Origin: Polyangiaceae bacterium
GTDB taxonomy: Bacteria; Myxococcota_A; Polyangia; Polyangiales; Polyangiaceae
DNA: 64,000 bases
Assembly: GCA_044222475.1 (NCBI GenBank)
Contig: JBGANF010000005.1
Coordinates: forward strand, 1 to 64,000
Direction of reading: 5' to 3'
Part shown: one piece after another, positions 42,699-58,604 of the stretch
Layout of the letters: each line of letters starts with the position of its first letter
How positions within the stretch are numbered: position 1 is the stretch's first letter
Program-made: the position numbers and the translations under genes
Notes under the pieces: generated by a model
What the model was told of the DNA's origin: nothing
The model's database searches: none
The model's input: the letters and a program-made list of their open reading frames with translations, nothing else

Positions 42699-43705
42699 TG
42701 CGCACGCGCCGCATCGCATGGGTCATCGCTTCGGTGCTCGGGGCGAGCGCGGTCGCGTGCAGCGCTCTGCTCGGGCTCGACGACCGGACCTTGCGCGCGA
42801 GCGACGCCGGGAGCGACGCAGTGCCCGACGGCCCGACCACCTGCGTCGACGCGGGGTTCTGTGCGTGCAACAAGCACGACTTCTGCGAGGACTTCGACTC
42901 GATCAAGAACGTCGCGGAGCTCAAGACGCGCTGGACGAACGAGATCGGCTTTCCGCCTTCCCCGGTCGCGATACCTCCGAGCCGAACCGATCTCGATCCG
43001 CTGACGGTCGTTCCGCCGTCGCCACCGAACGCGTTCCTCGCGCGGACCGAGGTCAAGTCCGGAACGGGCGGTCTCGCAGCGGCGTTCGTCCAGATCGATG
43101 GGACGAAGATCAAGACGCAGCTCATCCTCGGCGTGAAAGTGAGCTTCCTGCTGCGCATCGACGCGCTCGAGCCCAACGACGCAGGCGTGCAGATCAAGGA
43201 CTCCGGCATCCAGGAAGCCGTCGGTGTCGTGGAGCTGGTGAGCCCCACCGGGAGCAACGGGGTCGGGATGCTCCTCACCGAGAACGGTGGGTTCGTCGGG
43301 TACGCCCTGAACATCAACGACCTGCTGAAGACGAGCCTCGCCCAAGGGCTCCCGTTCTACGGCAGCAAGATCTCCCCTCCGGGATCGGTCTTCTTGCCGT
43401 TCACCGTCATCGTCGCACCTCGCAACTCGAAAGAGCTCATCGGCGCGACGTGCACCCAGGGCCCGATCGTCACGCTCGGAGACGCGGACCCCGACTCGGG
43501 TGCCGGCACGCAGCCGGACTCGCTCGTCGTCTACCTGATCCCGCCGCTGGGCCTCGGAAGCAAGGTCTGCCAGATCCTCGGCGGCGATCTCCTCGATCCG
43601 ACGTGGGTGCGGAACCCGGTCGTCGCGATCGGCAGCGTTCAAGCCGGCATGGGCGTCTTTCAGGCCGCGTTCGACAACGTGACGGTCGACTTCCTCACCG
43701 AGTGA
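42698..43705 (+). CDS. Hypothetical lipoprotein
   Basis: Lipobox 'AVAC-SALLG', 'FCEDFD' motif; TGATG coupling. Confidence 0.7.
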   Translation: MRTRRIAWVIASVLGASAVACSALLGLDDRTLRASDAGSDAVPDGPTTCVDAGFCACNKHDFCEDFDSIKNVAELKTRWTNEIGFPPSPVAIPPSRTDLDPLTVVPPSPPNAFLARTEVKSGTGGLAAAFVQIDGTKIKTQLILGVKVSFLLRIDALEPNDAGVQIKDSGIQEAVGVVELVSPTGSNGVGMLLTENGGFVGYALNINDLLKTSLAQGLPFYGSKISPPGSVFLPFTVIVAPRNSKELIGATCTQGPIVTLGDADPDSGAGTQPDSLVVYLIPPLGLGSKVCQILGGDLLDPTWVRNPVVAIGSVQAGMGVFQAAFDNVTVDFLTE

Positions 43706-44552
43706 TCTCGAGCTCGATCTCCAGCGCGAAGTGATCGGAGGCGTGCGTCTCGGTCGCTCCCTCGTGCGAGGGTAGCAGTGCGTCGAGGGTACGAACGAAG
43801 CCGGTCACTCGAGCCCCGCCGCCTCGAGGCGGCCGGAAGAAGACGTAGTCGATGCGCTGCGGCGGGGCATCGCGATCGAAGCGGTGCGCGAGCAGGTTGT
43901 GGTGCGGGTGCGGGTGATACGTCGGCACGTCGGCCTCGGCGCCGACGTCCTCGAAGCCGGAGAGCTGGCCCGCGAGAACGGCGTACTCGTCCGCGCGGGC
44001 CGACCGCTGGCCGTCGACGTTGAAGTCGCCGGTGAGGACGATGGGGCGCTCGTCGCCGATCGTGCGGAGCAGGTTGCCGAGCTCGCGCGCATGCCTCTCG
44101 CGAACGCGCCGTGAGCCGGCGCTCGTGCCGGACTGAAAGTGGGTGGTCACGACGTCGACCTCGACGCCGTCGACGTCGACGCGGGCGTGGAGAACTCCCT
44201 TGCGAGCGAAGCGCTCGGCGCCGGAGTGAGGGCGCGAGAACGGGACGATCTGGCGCGAGACGATCGGATGACGCGACGCGACCCCGAGACCGGACCCGCC
44301 GATCGTGAGCGGCCACCACTCGGTGCGGTTGTCGTCCTTCGCCTTGTGCGGGTGCGGGAGACGCTCGAACAACGCTTCGGCGTCTCGAACCCACAGCTCT
44401 TGCAGGCATAGGACGTCGGCCCGATGGAGGGCCGCCGATACCTCGGGGTGGCGGAACCGATGGGGGTCGGGCGCGCCCTCGCGGAGGAGGAAAGCGCGCG
44501 CGCTCTGCGCTGCCCCGAAGCAATTCCACGAAGCGATTCGGACCGTCTTCAC
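43695..44552 (-). CDS. Endonuclease/exonuclease/phosphatase family (sphingomyelinase-like)
   Basis: 'ASWN', 'CLQE', 'GSGL', 'KGVL', 'TTH', 'GDFN', 'RIDY', 'SDH'. Confidence 0.85.
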   Translation of the reverse strand: MKTVRIASWNCFGAAQSARAFLLREGAPDPHRFRHPEVSAALHRADVLCLQELWVRDAEALFERLPHPHKAKDDNRTEWWPLTIGGSGLGVASRHPIVSRQIVPFSRPHSGAERFARKGVLHARVDVDGVEVDVVTTHFQSGTSAGSRRVRERHARELGNLLRTIGDERPIVLTGDFNVDGQRSARADEYAVLAGQLSGFEDVGAEADVPTYHPHPHHNLLAHRFDRDAPPQRIDYVFFRPPRGGGARVTGFVRTLDALLPSHEGATETHASDHFALEIELEITR

Positions 44553-44604
44553 CGCGAGCCGTGAACCTAGCACGCAGTCCCTCGGCCGCTGCTAGGATGC
44601 GCCC

Positions 44605-45471
44605 ATGAGGCGGCTGCTCATCACGTTCGCGATGGTCGCGGGTGCGGGGTGTGGTCTGAGCTCGGCGGGGACACTCCGCGAGCTCTCGGACTCCGGCACG
44701 CCCACGATCGACGCGACCGCAGACGACTCGGCCGCCGATGCCTCGATCGTCGACGACGGGTCGACCGTGCCGGACGTCCTCCCCGATGGTCCCTGCAACC
44801 CCGACCTCTGCGAAGGAAAGCGCTGCGTGAACGGCAAGTGCGACTACTTCGCGAGCTGCGACGAGATGCACAAGGCCACCGCGTATGGGACCGGCGACTA
44901 CGTTCTCAACGGCAAGAAGAAGTTCGACGCCCACTGCGAGATGGGGGTCGAAGGCGGCGGTTGGACGCTCGTGGGCGCTTCCGTCGTCGCGGGGAGCAGC
45001 AACTCGTTCGGCTGGAAGAAGACCACCGGGTCGCTCGGAAACGATTTGGCACCCTACTCGCTGGGGGTCGACTCGGTCGGCTTGCCGGTCAAGGAAGTGC
45101 TCCTCGGCGTGCGTGGGCTCGGGAAGTCTTTTCTCTTGGCCGGCGCGGTGTACCACCTCGTCGCTCCGGCGAACTTCATGAGTCTCGGCAACTCGGCGCA
45201 ACAAGTCACGGGATCGAACTACGTCGCCGGAGCGTGCATCACGACGTCGCTCCCGAAGATGCTCACCAACATGGGCCACGTCGATCAAGGAGCGATCTTC
45301 TTCTTCCGCGACTTCCCTTCGGCCACCTCGGGCACGTACGGCCTTCGCCCCGACGGCCTCGACCTCCTCTACTACTCGACCCTCTGCGCAGACAGCGGCG
45401 GGCTCGGGCCCATCCCCTCGATTCCTCCGGTGCCGGACATCCGCCAACAAGGCCTCCTCTTCGTGCGATAG
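44605..45471 (+). CDS. Lipoprotein with fibrinogen-like (YCDxxxxGGGW-type) domain
   Basis: Lipobox 'GAGC'; 'SCDEMH', 'AHCEMGVEGGGWTLV'. Confidence 0.7.
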   Translation: MRRLLITFAMVAGAGCGLSSAGTLRELSDSGTPTIDATADDSAADASIVDDGSTVPDVLPDGPCNPDLCEGKRCVNGKCDYFASCDEMHKATAYGTGDYVLNGKKKFDAHCEMGVEGGGWTLVGASVVAGSSNSFGWKKTTGSLGNDLAPYSLGVDSVGLPVKEVLLGVRGLGKSFLLAGAVYHLVAPANFMSLGNSAQQVTGSNYVAGACITTSLPKMLTNMGHVDQGAIFFFRDFPSATSGTYGLRPDGLDLLYYSTLCADSGGLGPIPSIPPVPDIRQQGLLFVR

Positions 45472-45476
45472 CCACC

Positions 45477-46595
45477 ATGAGCAAAAGAAAACCGACGGCG
45501 TACTGGGACTACATCAAGGTCGAAGAGCTCCTCTCGCTCCAGAGCGGGATCGCGACTTCGGACGCGGCGTTGAGCAACGACGAGGTTCTCTTCATCACGA
45601 TTCATCAGATCGACGAGCTCTGGTTCAAGCTCATCCTCCGTGAGCTCGTCAGCGTGCGCGATCTGTTCGCGCGGCCCAAGGTGCCCGAGCAATCGCTCGC
45701 CTCGGCCGTTCGATCGATGCGCCGCATCGCCGACTTGCTCGGCCACGTCGCCCATCACTTCTCTCTGATGGAGACGATGACCACCCGCGACTACCTCGAC
45801 TTTCGAGACAAGCTGAGCCCGGCGAGCGGGTTCCAGTCCGCGCAGATGCGCGAGATCGAGATCCTCTTCGGCCTCGACGAAGGCACCCGCGTGCCGCTCG
45901 GAAACGAGGGGACGTACAAGCTCGCCCTGCGCAACGCCGATGGAACCCCGTCGAGCGCGTCGAAGCGCGTCGAAGCGCGTCTCTCCGACAAACCCACGCT
46001 GCTCGATGCCATCCGCGAGTGGTTGTATCGTACACCCATCCAGGGATCGCTCCCCACCGATCCGGGCGACGCCGCTGCGGTGCTGCGCTTCATCGAGAGC
46101 TACCTCGCGGCGCACGGCCGCGCGACGTCGAGCGCGCTCGAGCTCGCCAAGACCGACGCGCTCACCCCCGCCGACGAGACCCGCCTCGAGACGCGCTACG
46201 CCAAGGAAGCGACCGACGCTCGCGCGTTCCTCCTCGGCGAGGACGCTCCCGAGGCCGACCGAGCCAAGGTCTCGCGGGTGCGCGCGGCGCTCGTCTTCAT
46301 CGAGGCGTATCGGGAGCTGCCGCTCCTCGCCTGGCCGCGAGAGGTCGTCGACACGATCGTCGCCATGGAGCAAGCGTTCGTCATCTTCCGCCAGCGGCAT
46401 GCGCGCATGGTGGAGCGCATCATCGGCCGGCGCACCGGCACCGGCGGTTCGACCGGCGTCGACTACCTCGACCAGACGGCGCTGCGCTACCGCATCTTCC
46501 GCGACGTCTGGGCCGTTCGTACCATTTTGGTAAAGAAGAGCGAGCTCGTCCCCGTCGAGCTTCCCGAGCGCTATGGTTTTGCCGTCGAACCCTGA
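45477..46595 (+). CDS. kynA: Tryptophan 2,3-dioxygenase
   Basis: 'YWDYIKVEELLSLQ', 'LFITIHQIDELWFK', 'ASGFQSAQMRE', 'RHARMVERIIGRRTGTGGSTGVDYL'. Confidence 0.93.
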   Translation: MSKRKPTAYWDYIKVEELLSLQSGIATSDAALSNDEVLFITIHQIDELWFKLILRELVSVRDLFARPKVPEQSLASAVRSMRRIADLLGHVAHHFSLMETMTTRDYLDFRDKLSPASGFQSAQMREIEILFGLDEGTRVPLGNEGTYKLALRNADGTPSSASKRVEARLSDKPTLLDAIREWLYRTPIQGSLPTDPGDAAAVLRFIESYLAAHGRATSSALELAKTDALTPADETRLETRYAKEATDARAFLLGEDAPEADRAKVSRVRAALVFIEAYRELPLLAWPREVVDTIVAMEQAFVIFRQRHARMVERIIGRRTGTGGSTGVDYLDQTALRYRIFRDVWAVRTILVKKSELVPVELPERYGFAVEP

Positions 46596-46607
46596 GCGAG
46601 GCGCGAC

Positions 46608-52622
<6,015 letters not shown>

Positions 52623-52627
52623 CTCTC

Positions 52628-52641
52628 ATGACGTCCGTCAT
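52628..52641. promoter_or_regulatory. Crp/Fnr-type palindrome, copy 1
   Basis: ATGAC-GTCC-GTCAT upstream of the fasciclin gene. Confidence 0.7.
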
Positions 52642-52688
52642 GGTGCGGAGCCCTCCCCGGTGGCCACATCCATCGCGGGAGAAAACCA

Positions 52689-53276
52689 ATGAAGAAGCTC
52701 GTCGCAGCGGCGGTAGGTTTGGCCCTCATCGTGGTCGTGGGATGCGAGGACAAGACGGCGCCGGCTGGTGCTGCCTCTGGAACCGCGAGCGCAAAGGCTG
52801 CGCAGGCGCAGACCGCGGAGCCCCAAGCGACCCAGCCCGCAACCCCCAAAGCGGACTCGGAGAAGACGGTCGTCGACGTGGCGGTCGGCTCGAAGGACCA
52901 CACGACGCTCGTGACCGCGCTCAAGGCGGCCGACCTCGTGGAATCCCTTGCGAGCCCAGGCGGTGTGTACACCGTCTTCGCGCCCACGAACGCGGCGTTC
53001 GACAAGCTGCCGAAAGGCACCGTCGACGATCTCCTGAAGCCCGAGCGCAAGACCGATCTCAAGAACATCCTCCAGCACCACGCGGCCGTGCCGATCCTCG
53101 AGACGAAGGACATGAAGGACGGCCAGACGATGGGGATGGCGGACGGAACCAAGGTCACCTTCCACGTGAAGGACGGCAAGGTGACGGTCGACGGCGCGAA
53201 CATCGTCGCCTCGATCAAGTGCATGAACGGGATCGTGCACGTCGTCGATGCGGTGATCCTGCCGCCGGCGAAGTAA
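52689..53276 (+). CDS. Fasciclin (FAS1) domain lipoprotein
   Basis: Lipobox 'VVGC'; 'YTVFAPTNAAFDKLP', 'NGIVHVVDAVILP'. Confidence 0.92.
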   Translation: MKKLVAAAVGLALIVVVGCEDKTAPAGAASGTASAKAAQAQTAEPQATQPATPKADSEKTVVDVAVGSKDHTTLVTALKAADLVESLASPGGVYTVFAPTNAAFDKLPKGTVDDLLKPERKTDLKNILQHHAAVPILETKDMKDGQTMGMADGTKVTFHVKDGKVTVDGANIVASIKCMNGIVHVVDAVILPPAK

Positions 53277-53305
53277 GCGGCCCGAACGCGCTGGTCGAGG
53301 TCACC

Positions 53306-53713
53306 ATGAACGACGCAAACGACGCGCTGGTGGGACTGTTCCTCACCCACGAAGATCTGGAGCCGGCGTTCGAGGATGCGCTCATGTACCTCGACCGCTG
53401 CGAAGCCGAGGGCGGCCGCGCCGACACCCTCGCCGAGCTGGAGCGATCCGCGACGGATCTCCGTCGCCGCGTGGAAGATCACTTCCGAGTCGAAGAGGCC
53501 GTCGTGTTTCCAGTGATGGCCAAAGCAGGAGCCCCGGAGCCTCTCCTCTCGTCCATGCTCGCCGCTCACGAAGAGATCCGGCGCATCGCCAAGCGGGCGC
53601 TCGCCGAGCGCCTCGACCTCGCGGCGCTGCGCGCCTTCGTCGTCGCCTTCGAACGACACGCGGAGTTCGAAGAGCGGGCCCTCGCGCACTTCTGGGCCAA
53701 AGCGAAGCGCTGA
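53306..53713 (+). CDS. Hemerythrin-domain protein
   Basis: 'THEDL', 'HFRVEE..VFP', 'AHEEI', 'HAEFEE'; SD GAGG. Confidence 0.8.
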   Translation: MNDANDALVGLFLTHEDLEPAFEDALMYLDRCEAEGGRADTLAELERSATDLRRRVEDHFRVEEAVVFPVMAKAGAPEPLLSSMLAAHEEIRRIAKRALAERLDLAALRAFVVAFERHAEFEERALAHFWAKAKR

Positions 53714-53748
53714 CGCGCAAATCCTGCATCGCCGAGGAGCGCGCGGAT

Positions 53749-53762
53749 GTGACGGATGTCAT
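53749..53762. promoter_or_regulatory. Crp/Fnr-type palindrome, copy 2 (nosZ promoter)
   Basis: GTGAC-GGAT-GTCAT; CAACGT 22 nt downstream (53785-53790). Confidence 0.75.
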
Positions 53763-53843
53763 GGCGGGCCACCGGCCCGAGGCGCAACGTCGCTGCCAGG
53801 AGACGGCGCCACGTCGGCGTCGCCCAGCGGAGCGGAGGACATC

Positions 53844-55835
53844 ATGGGTTCTTGGTGGAAACGAGGAGCGCTGGCGCTCATCGTAGTTGGCGCGGGAACC
53901 TTCGCGGCGGCGTCGTGCAGCAACAAGGCCGAGCAGCAGGCGAAGGAGCAGGCAGGCGGCAGCTCGAACCTCGGGGCTTCGGGCAGCGTGAAGGACCTCA
54001 TGGCCGCCCGTGGGCTCACGGAAGCCGACGTGGAAGCAGCCCTGAAGACGTACGTCCCGACCGGCAAGAAGGACGAGTACATGATCTTCGCGTCGGGAGG
54101 CCAGTCCGGGCAGGTCCTCGCGATCGGCGTCCCGTCGATGCGCCTCTTGAAGGTCATTGGCGTCTTCACGCCGGAGCCCTGGCAGGGCTACGGCTACGGC
54201 GGCGAGAGCGACAAGGTCATCGCTGCCGGAACGCAGGGACCTCACAAGATCACGTGGGCCGACGTTCACCACCCGAACCTCTCGGAGACGAAGGGTGACT
54301 ACGACGGCCAGTTCCTCTTCGTGAACGACAAGGCCAACGCACGGGTCGCGGTGGTCGATCTGTCCGACTTCATGACGAAGCAGATCGTCGCGAACACCCT
54401 CATCTCGAGCGATCACGGTGGCGCGTTCGTCACGCCGGACACCGACTACGTGATCGAGACGACGCAGTATCCGTCGCCCCTCGGGCGCGAGTACGTGTCG
54501 ATCGACCAGTACAAGGACAAATACCGCGGGCTCGCGATGTTCTGGAAATTCGATCGCGCCAAGAAGCGCATCGACGTCGACAAGAGCTGGGCGATCGAGC
54601 TCCCGCCGTACACCCAGGACCTCGCCGACGCCGGCAAGATCGGAAGTGACGGCTGGGCCTTCATCAACTCGTTCAACACGGAGATGGCGATCGGCGGCAC
54701 CCTCGAAGGAAAGCCGGCGATCGAGAGCGGGGCGTCCCAGAACGACATGGACTACCTCCACGTCATCAACTGGAGAAAGGCCGAAGAGCTCGTCAACGCC
54801 GGGAAGACCGTCTTGGTCAAGGGCGTCAAGGTCCTACCGCTCGCCGTCGCAGGCGCGGAGGGCGTGCTGACCCTCATCGGCGAGCCGAAGAGCCCGCACG
54901 GCTGCGACGTCACCCCCGATGGGACGGCGATCGTCGTCGGCGGCAAGCTCGACACCCACGCCACGGTCTACGAGTTCTCGAAGATCAAGGACATGATCGT
55001 TCAAAAGAAATACGAGGGGAAAGACGCTTACGGCGTTCCCATCCTTCCCTTCAAGGACTCGATCCGCGGTCAAGTCGAGCTCGGCCTCGGCCCGCTCCAC
55101 ACCGTCTTCGACGACAAGGGCAACGCGTACACCTCGCTGTTCCTCGAGAGCAAGGTCGTGAAGTGGAGCCTCCCCGAGATGAAGCAGCTCGAGAAGATCT
55201 CGGTTCACTACAACATCGGTCACATCATGGCGGCCGAGGGCGACACGGTCAGCCCGGACGGCAAGTACGTCGTCGCGATGAACAAGATGTCGATCGACCG
55301 CTACGCCAGCGTCGGGCCGCTCTATCCGCAGAGCTTCCAGCTCATCGACGTCACCGGTGAGAAGATGCGGCTCCTCTACGACATGCCCATCGGGATCGGC
55401 GAGCCGCACTACTCGCAGATGATCAAGATGGACAAGCTCCACCCGCTCAAGATGTACCCACCGGGTACGAACCCCTACACGGACGCGAAGGACCCCAACG
55501 CGGTCGAAGGCGGCAAGGAAAAGATCGTCCGCAACGGCAACGTGGTCGATGTGTGGATGACCGCCGTTCGGAGCCACTTCGTACCCGACCGGATCGAGGT
55601 CGATGAGGGTGACACCGTCAACATCCACCTCACGAGCCTCGAGCAGTCGGAAGACCAGACGCACGGCTTCACCGTGAACATGTACAACATCGACCTGAGC
55701 CTCGAGCCGGGTAAGCACGAGAACATCAGCTTCAAGGCTGACCTCCCGGGCGTCTATCCGTTCTACTGCACCGAGTTCTGCTCGGCGCTCCACCTCGAGA
55801 TGGTCGGTTACCTGCTCGTCAAACCGAAGAAGTGA
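53844..55835 (+). CDS. nosZ: Clade II (Sec-dependent) nitrous-oxide reductase
   Basis: CuZ His motifs DVHHP, SDHGG, SPHG, GPLH, NIGH, EPHY; CuA 'THGF...CTEFCSALHLEM'; 'SGGQSGQ'; no twin-Arg signal, lipobox AASC. Confidence 0.97.
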   Translation: MGSWWKRGALALIVVGAGTFAAASCSNKAEQQAKEQAGGSSNLGASGSVKDLMAARGLTEADVEAALKTYVPTGKKDEYMIFASGGQSGQVLAIGVPSMRLLKVIGVFTPEPWQGYGYGGESDKVIAAGTQGPHKITWADVHHPNLSETKGDYDGQFLFVNDKANARVAVVDLSDFMTKQIVANTLISSDHGGAFVTPDTDYVIETTQYPSPLGREYVSIDQYKDKYRGLAMFWKFDRAKKRIDVDKSWAIELPPYTQDLADAGKIGSDGWAFINSFNTEMAIGGTLEGKPAIESGASQNDMDYLHVINWRKAEELVNAGKTVLVKGVKVLPLAVAGAEGVLTLIGEPKSPHGCDVTPDGTAIVVGGKLDTHATVYEFSKIKDMIVQKKYEGKDAYGVPILPFKDSIRGQVELGLGPLHTVFDDKGNAYTSLFLESKVVKWSLPEMKQLEKISVHYNIGHIMAAEGDTVSPDGKYVVAMNKMSIDRYASVGPLYPQSFQLIDVTGEKMRLLYDMPIGIGEPHYSQMIKMDKLHPLKMYPPGTNPYTDAKDPNAVEGGKEKIVRNGNVVDVWMTAVRSHFVPDRIEVDEGDTVNIHLTSLEQSEDQTHGFTVNMYNIDLSLEPGKHENISFKADLPGVYPFYCTEFCSALHLEMVGYLLVKPKK

Positions 55836-56572
55836 TCATGAGCACCCCCGACAGTGCGTCCGACAAGGGAGACGGCCACCGCCACTTGGCGGTGGTCGCC
55901 TCGGCGCCACCCGCAGCGCAGAAGCGAACTGCGCTGCGGTGGGGGGTGGTGGTGCTCGCTGCAGGCGCGATCGCTCTGTACGTCGCGTCGCTGTTTCTCC
56001 CGTGGTGGGATCTCACGCTCTACGCCCCGCAGTACCCCCACGGGCTCCACCTCACGATCTCGCTCACCGGCATGGGCGGCGACGTTCGCGAGATCAACAT
56101 GCTCAACCACTACATCGGCATGGGCAACCTCGACGAAGCGGCCAAGCACGAGCGCGAGCTCGCGGGATGGGGAGTCGGTCTGATCGGCGTCCTCATCCTC
56201 GGGATCGCGCTCATCGCCGGACGGAAGACCGGGAAGCTCCTCGTCGTCCCGGGGATCATGTTCCCCGTCGTCTTCCTCGCGGATGCCTACTACTGGATGT
56301 ACCACTTTGGGCACACGCTCGACCCGCACGCTCCGCTGCACGTCGCTCCGTTCACGCCTCAGCTCTTCGGCAACGGCGAGATCGGCCAGTTTCTGACCTT
56401 CGCCACGCCGTCGGCCGGGTTCTGGCTCGCGATCGGCGGCGTCGTGCTCCTCGGCGCGTCGACGCTGATGCGGCGCAAGGTGTGCAACGACTGCGCGGAC
56501 AAGGCCTCGTGTGGCGCGGTCTGTCCCCGTGGCCTCGTCGGGCCGCACCGCCCACACGCGGAGCCGTCGTGA
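55832..56572 (+). CDS. nosB: NosB-like membrane protein with C-terminal 4-Cys tail
   Basis: 'LYAPQYPHGL', 'INMLNHYIGM', 'YHFGHTLDPHAP'; directly after clade II nosZ. Confidence 0.85.
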   Translation: MIMSTPDSASDKGDGHRHLAVVASAPPAAQKRTALRWGVVVLAAGAIALYVASLFLPWWDLTLYAPQYPHGLHLTISLTGMGGDVREINMLNHYIGMGNLDEAAKHERELAGWGVGLIGVLILGIALIAGRKTGKLLVVPGIMFPVVFLADAYYWMYHFGHTLDPHAPLHVAPFTPQLFGNGEIGQFLTFATPSAGFWLAIGGVVLLGASTLMRRKVCNDCADKASCGAVCPRGLVGPHRPHAEPS

Positions 56573-57903
56573 ACGTCCGCCGGCGAGCGCTCGCGACGCT
56601 CGGCGGCGTCGGGCTCGCGGTGTTCACCCTCTTTCGGGCGCGCGCCGCGAACCCCGCGCTCGAGGGGCCGCCCCCCATCGCCGACGAAGCGGGGCCGGTG
56701 GAGCGCGGAATCCCCGCCGGCGCGTTCGTCGCCGAGGACGAAGCCGCGCTGACTCGCGCGCTCGAAGGCGGCCCGGACGACATCTGGCTCCGCGGTCGCG
56801 TGTACCACGGGGACTTCGCGATCACGCGCAAGCTCGCGCTGCATGGCGCGACCGGCGCGACCATCGAAGGGAGCGGCACGAACACGGTGGTGGTCGTCGA
56901 AGCGGACGACGTCGTGATCGAGAACCTCGTCGTGCGTCACTCCGGCCACCGCCACACCACCGAGGACGCCGGGATCAAGGTGAGGGGCGCACGCGCGCGC
57001 GTGGCGACCGTCCGCGTCGAGGACTCCCTGTTCGGTGTCTCGCTCGGGCCGTGTTCCCATTGCGCGCTCGACCACGTGCGCGTCCAAGGCCCGGGCGCCG
57101 CGGAAGAGCTTCGCGGCGACGGCATCAAGCTGTGGGAGGCCCATGACAGCGTCGTCCGTGGGTGCGTCATGGAAGGGTCGCGTGATCTCGTCGTCTGGTA
57201 CTCGCGCCGCGTCGAGCTCGACCACAACATCGTGCGCGGCGGGCGCTACGGCTCGCATCTGATGTATGCCAACGACGCGTACATTCACGACAGCGACATC
57301 CGGAACAACGTCGTCGGGATCTTCGTGATGTACAGCGAGCAGGTCCGCGTGGAGGGCAACGTGCTCGCCGGGGCTCGGGGACCCGCCGGCGTCGGCATCG
57401 GCTTCAAGGAGAGCGACGGCGTGAAGCTCGCAAAGAATTGGATCGTGGGCAACACCGTCGGACTCTACCTCGACAGGTCGCCACGCGCGCCGACCAACCC
57501 GGTGGTGTTCGACGGCAACGTCGTAGCGCTCAACGACGTCGGGTTCCGCTTTCACAGCTCGGAGGAGGGTCTTCGCTTCGTCCACAACGACGTCCGCGAG
57601 AACGTCACCATCGCCGAGGTCGAAGGCGGCGGCGATGCGCTCGGGGTCACGTTCGAAGGGAATCACTGGTCGGACTATGCCGGCTACGATCTCGACGGCG
57701 ACGGTCGCGGTGACGTCCCGTTCGAGGTCAAACAGCTGTCGGGCGAGCTCACCGATGCGCACCCGTCGCTCATGTACTTTCGAGGGACGGCAGCGATGTC
57801 GCTCATCGACGCGATCGCGCAGGCGGTCCCGGTGCTGGCGACCCACCAGATGCTCATCGACCGGTCTCCCGCAATGACCGGAGTGGAGGAGGGACGACGA
57901 TGA
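56569..57903 (+). CDS. nosD: N2O reductase maturation protein NosD
   Basis: Beta-helix; 'RGDGIKLW', 'GRYGSHLMY', 'GNHWSDYAGYDLDGDGRGDVPF'; GTGA overlap. Confidence 0.92.
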   Translation: MNVRRRALATLGGVGLAVFTLFRARAANPALEGPPPIADEAGPVERGIPAGAFVAEDEAALTRALEGGPDDIWLRGRVYHGDFAITRKLALHGATGATIEGSGTNTVVVVEADDVVIENLVVRHSGHRHTTEDAGIKVRGARARVATVRVEDSLFGVSLGPCSHCALDHVRVQGPGAAEELRGDGIKLWEAHDSVVRGCVMEGSRDLVVWYSRRVELDHNIVRGGRYGSHLMYANDAYIHDSDIRNNVVGIFVMYSEQVRVEGNVLAGARGPAGVGIGFKESDGVKLAKNWIVGNTVGLYLDRSPRAPTNPVVFDGNVVALNDVGFRFHSSEEGLRFVHNDVRENVTIAEVEGGGDALGVTFEGNHWSDYAGYDLDGDGRGDVPFEVKQLSGELTDAHPSLMYFRGTAAMSLIDAIAQAVPVLATHQMLIDRSPAMTGVEEGRR

Positions 57904-58604
57904 TCGAGATCCAACACGTCTCGAAGAAGTTCGGTCCCGTCGTCGCCCTCCGCGACGTCTCGCTCCACATCGCCGCCGGCGAGCGGGTCGCGTTCGTGGG
58001 AGCCAACGGCTCGGGGAAGACGACCCTGCTCCGCGCCATCCTCTCGCTGGTCCGCGTCGAAGGCGTCGTCACCGTGCGCGGCGTCGACGTGGCCCTGCGT
58101 CCGGAGATCGCGCTGCGGAGCATCGCGTACGTGCCGCAGATCGCGCCGCCGATCGAGGCGCCGGTGGGCGAGGTCGTACGTGCGGTCTGCACGCTTCGCG
58201 AGATCGCCCCCGAGGTCCCCCTCGCCATCGCGAAGGAGCTCGCGCTCGACGTGGAGGCCTGCATGCGCTCCCGCTTCCGCGACCTTTCCGGAGGCATGAA
58301 GCAGAAGCTCCTCGTCGCCCTCGCCCTCGCCGCGCCGGCCGAGATCCTGGTGTGCGACGAACCGACCGCGAACCTCGATCCCGAAGCGCGGGCGACGTTC
58401 ATCGCCAAGCTCGCCGCCCGACCCGAAGACCACGTGACCCTCCTTTGCTCGCACCGCAGCGAAGACGTCGAGGAGCTCGTCGACCGCGTCATCGAGTTCC
58501 GCGACGGAAAGGTTCTGCGCGACGAACGTCGCAAGCGGCCGACTACGGAAGAGAAGAAGCCGGCGGTGAAAGGATCGGAGCCACGGCTCCGACTGCTGTC
58601 ATGA
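57900..58604 (+). CDS. nosF: ABC ATPase NosF
   Basis: 'GANGSGKT', 'LSGGMKQK', 'DEPTANLD', 'CSH'; nos context. Confidence 0.88.
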   Translation: MIEIQHVSKKFGPVVALRDVSLHIAAGERVAFVGANGSGKTTLLRAILSLVRVEGVVTVRGVDVALRPEIALRSIAYVPQIAPPIEAPVGEVVRAVCTLREIAPEVPLAIAKELALDVEACMRSRFRDLSGGMKQKLLVALALAAPAEILVCDEPTANLDPEARATFIAKLAARPEDHVTLLCSHRSEDVEELVDRVIEFRDGKVLRDERRKRPTTEEKKPAVKGSEPRLRLLS

